This document shows positions 62,811-64,000 of a DNA stretch of 64,000 nucleotides, one piece after another. The first letter of the stretch is position 1, and each line of letters opens with the position of its first letter. Under the pieces are notes generated by a model. It saw only the letters and a list, made by a program, of their open reading frames with translations. It made no database searches and was not told the origin of the DNA. The stretch covers positions 643,178-707,177 of the forward strand of contig OY782677.1 in the NCBI GenBank assembly GCA_963677975.1. Direction: 5' to 3'. A program made the position numbers and the translations under genes. The DNA comes from Bacteroidales bacterium (GTDB lineage Bacteria; Bacteroidota; Bacteroidia; Bacteroidales; UBA4417).

Positions 62811-64000
62811 ATGAAAACAAAAATCTTCACCTTTCTGCTCAGCATACTGGGTATGTATTGTTTCGCCCAGCCTATGGGTGGCGGCAGCCCGAACTGGATG
62901 CCCGACGGCAATAGTTTCACCACACTCGATAAGTATTCGATTGTTAAAACAGAGCTGCCTTCGCTGGCAAAATCGGTAATGTACGACCTGGATAAACTGA
63001 TTCCGCGTGACGAGGCAAATCCGCGTACTATTTCGTCCTATTCGCTTTCGAAGGATCTGAAACAGGTTTTGCTGAAAATTAATACCACCACCCTGTATCA
63101 TAAAACATCCGGCGAAGTATGGATTTACAATTCCGCGGAGGGGAAAATAAAGCAACTGGGCAAAGGCCTTCGGGCTGACGGCCTTATGTACCCGAAATTT
63201 TCGCCCGACGGAAGCCAGGTTGCTTATGTGTACCAGGATAATTCGAACCAAAAAGTGGTTTACAACCTTTATGTTGAAGACCTTAAAACCGGCAAAATAA
63301 GGCAGCTCACTTTCGATACCCGCGACCGTAGTATTAACGGAACTTTCGACTGGGTTTACTCCGAAGAGTTGTTTTGTACCGACGGTTTCCGCTGGAGTGC
63401 TGATGGAACACGCATTGCTTACTGGAATGTGGATGCATCGAGAGTTCGCAATTACCTCATGCTCAATACAACCGATTCCATTTACCCTTTTACGGTAAGT
63501 GTTGAATATCCCGTTGCCGGAGAAGACCCTTCACCTGCCAAAATCGGTATTGTCGATCTTGCAACGGCCAAAACAAAATGGATAGATATCGAAGGCGATC
63601 CCAGCCAGAATTACCTGACCAAAATGGAATGGTCGTCAGCCAACGAAGTCATTATCCAGCAGTTGAACCGGAAACAGAATGTTTCGAAGCTCTGGCTATC
63701 GAACACTGTTACCGGAAAATCCAAAGTGCTATGGAGCGACAGCGATAAGGCCTGGGTTGATATTGAAGCAACATGGAATACCAATGACAATGCCGGCTGG
63801 AACTGGATCGACGGAGGAAAAGCTTTCATATGGGCCAGCGAAAAGGACGGCTGGAGGCACCTGTACCGTATTGGTATGGATGGCAAAGAAAAAATTATAA
63901 CCACAGGCGATTTTGATGTTATTAAAATATACCTGATTGACGAAGCTGACAACCTGCTATATTTTGCAGCAACCCCCGAAAATGCCACACAGCGCTACCT
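62811..64000 (+). CDS. Dipeptidyl-peptidase IV (S9B) family protein, N-terminal beta-propeller part; the 3' end runs off the right edge
   Basis: It is absent from the ORF track because it is open at the edge. My translation reads MKTKIFTFLLSILGMYCFAQP...PKFSPDGSQVAYV...INGTFDWVYSEELF...FRWSADGTRIAYW...VEYPVAGE..., which is typical of the DPP IV N-terminal domain. Confidence 0.85.
   Translation, partial: MKTKIFTFLLSILGMYCFAQPMGGGSPNWMPDGNSFTTLDKYSIVKTELPSLAKSVMYDLDKLIPRDEANPRTISSYSLSKDLKQVLLKINTTTLYHKTSGEVWIYNSAEGKIKQLGKGLRADGLMYPKFSPDGSQVAYVYQDNSNQKVVYNLYVEDLKTGKIRQLTFDTRDRSINGTFDWVYSEELFCTDGFRWSADGTRIAYWNVDASRVRNYLMLNTTDSIYPFTVSVEYPVAGEDPSPAKIGIVDLATAKTKWIDIEGDPSQNYLTKMEWSSANEVIIQQLNRKQNVSKLWLSNTVTGKSKVLWSDSDKAWVDIEATWNTNDNAGWNWIDGGKAFIWASEKDGWRHLYRIGMDGKEKIITTGDFDVIKIYLIDEADNLLYFAATPENATQRY

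Noticed and set aside
62682-63251. 189-aa minus-strand ORF listed in the track.
   Set aside because: The plus strand from the ATG at 62811 reads as a signal peptide plus a DPP IV N-terminal propeller that stays open to the window edge, and a TATATTTG box precedes it. The minus ORF is its shadow.

Overview
This 64-kb chromosomal segment reads as Bacteroidota. Supporting signs are T9SS type A and type B C-terminal sorting domains, a gldE-like gene next to ssb and mutY, a TonB-dependent receptor plus DUF4249 pair, and TAnnTTTG -7 boxes in front of about half of the genes. I call about 42 protein genes. I saw no rRNA, tRNA, CRISPR array, transposase or integrase. Housekeeping genes are ssb, mutY, cysS, tyrS and asnB. 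There is a strong peptide and amino-acid catabolism theme: S9 peptidase, OPT transporter, PepT, CstA, an ACE-like M2 peptidase, DPP IV and a butyrate-kinase homologue. A TolC/MacA/MacB-type efflux operon is followed by a LytS/LytTR two-component pair. An ECF sigma factor is present with a coupled membrane protein. Four T9SS cargo proteins and a GH47 mannosidase homologue are also present. The most interesting candidates are: (1) a secreted HExxH gluzincin-like protein encoded directly upstream of a ~1970-aa alpha-2-macroglobulin-like protein that has an internal CarboxypepD_reg/Plug module and a CNEQ thioester-type motif; (2) an Asn-codon-rich leader ORF with antiterminator and terminator hairpins in the asnB leader; (3) a small CXXCH lipoprotein whose TGA stop sits exactly where the first Cys of a second CXXCH motif would be; (4) purine-rich, C-depleted spacers after stop codons, including a six-GGGG tract inside the macB operon; (5) a butyrate-kinase homologue with degenerate ATP-binding motifs; (6) a stand-alone SecD-P1-like periplasmic protein. 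All functional calls come from reading the translations by eye. No database search was run.
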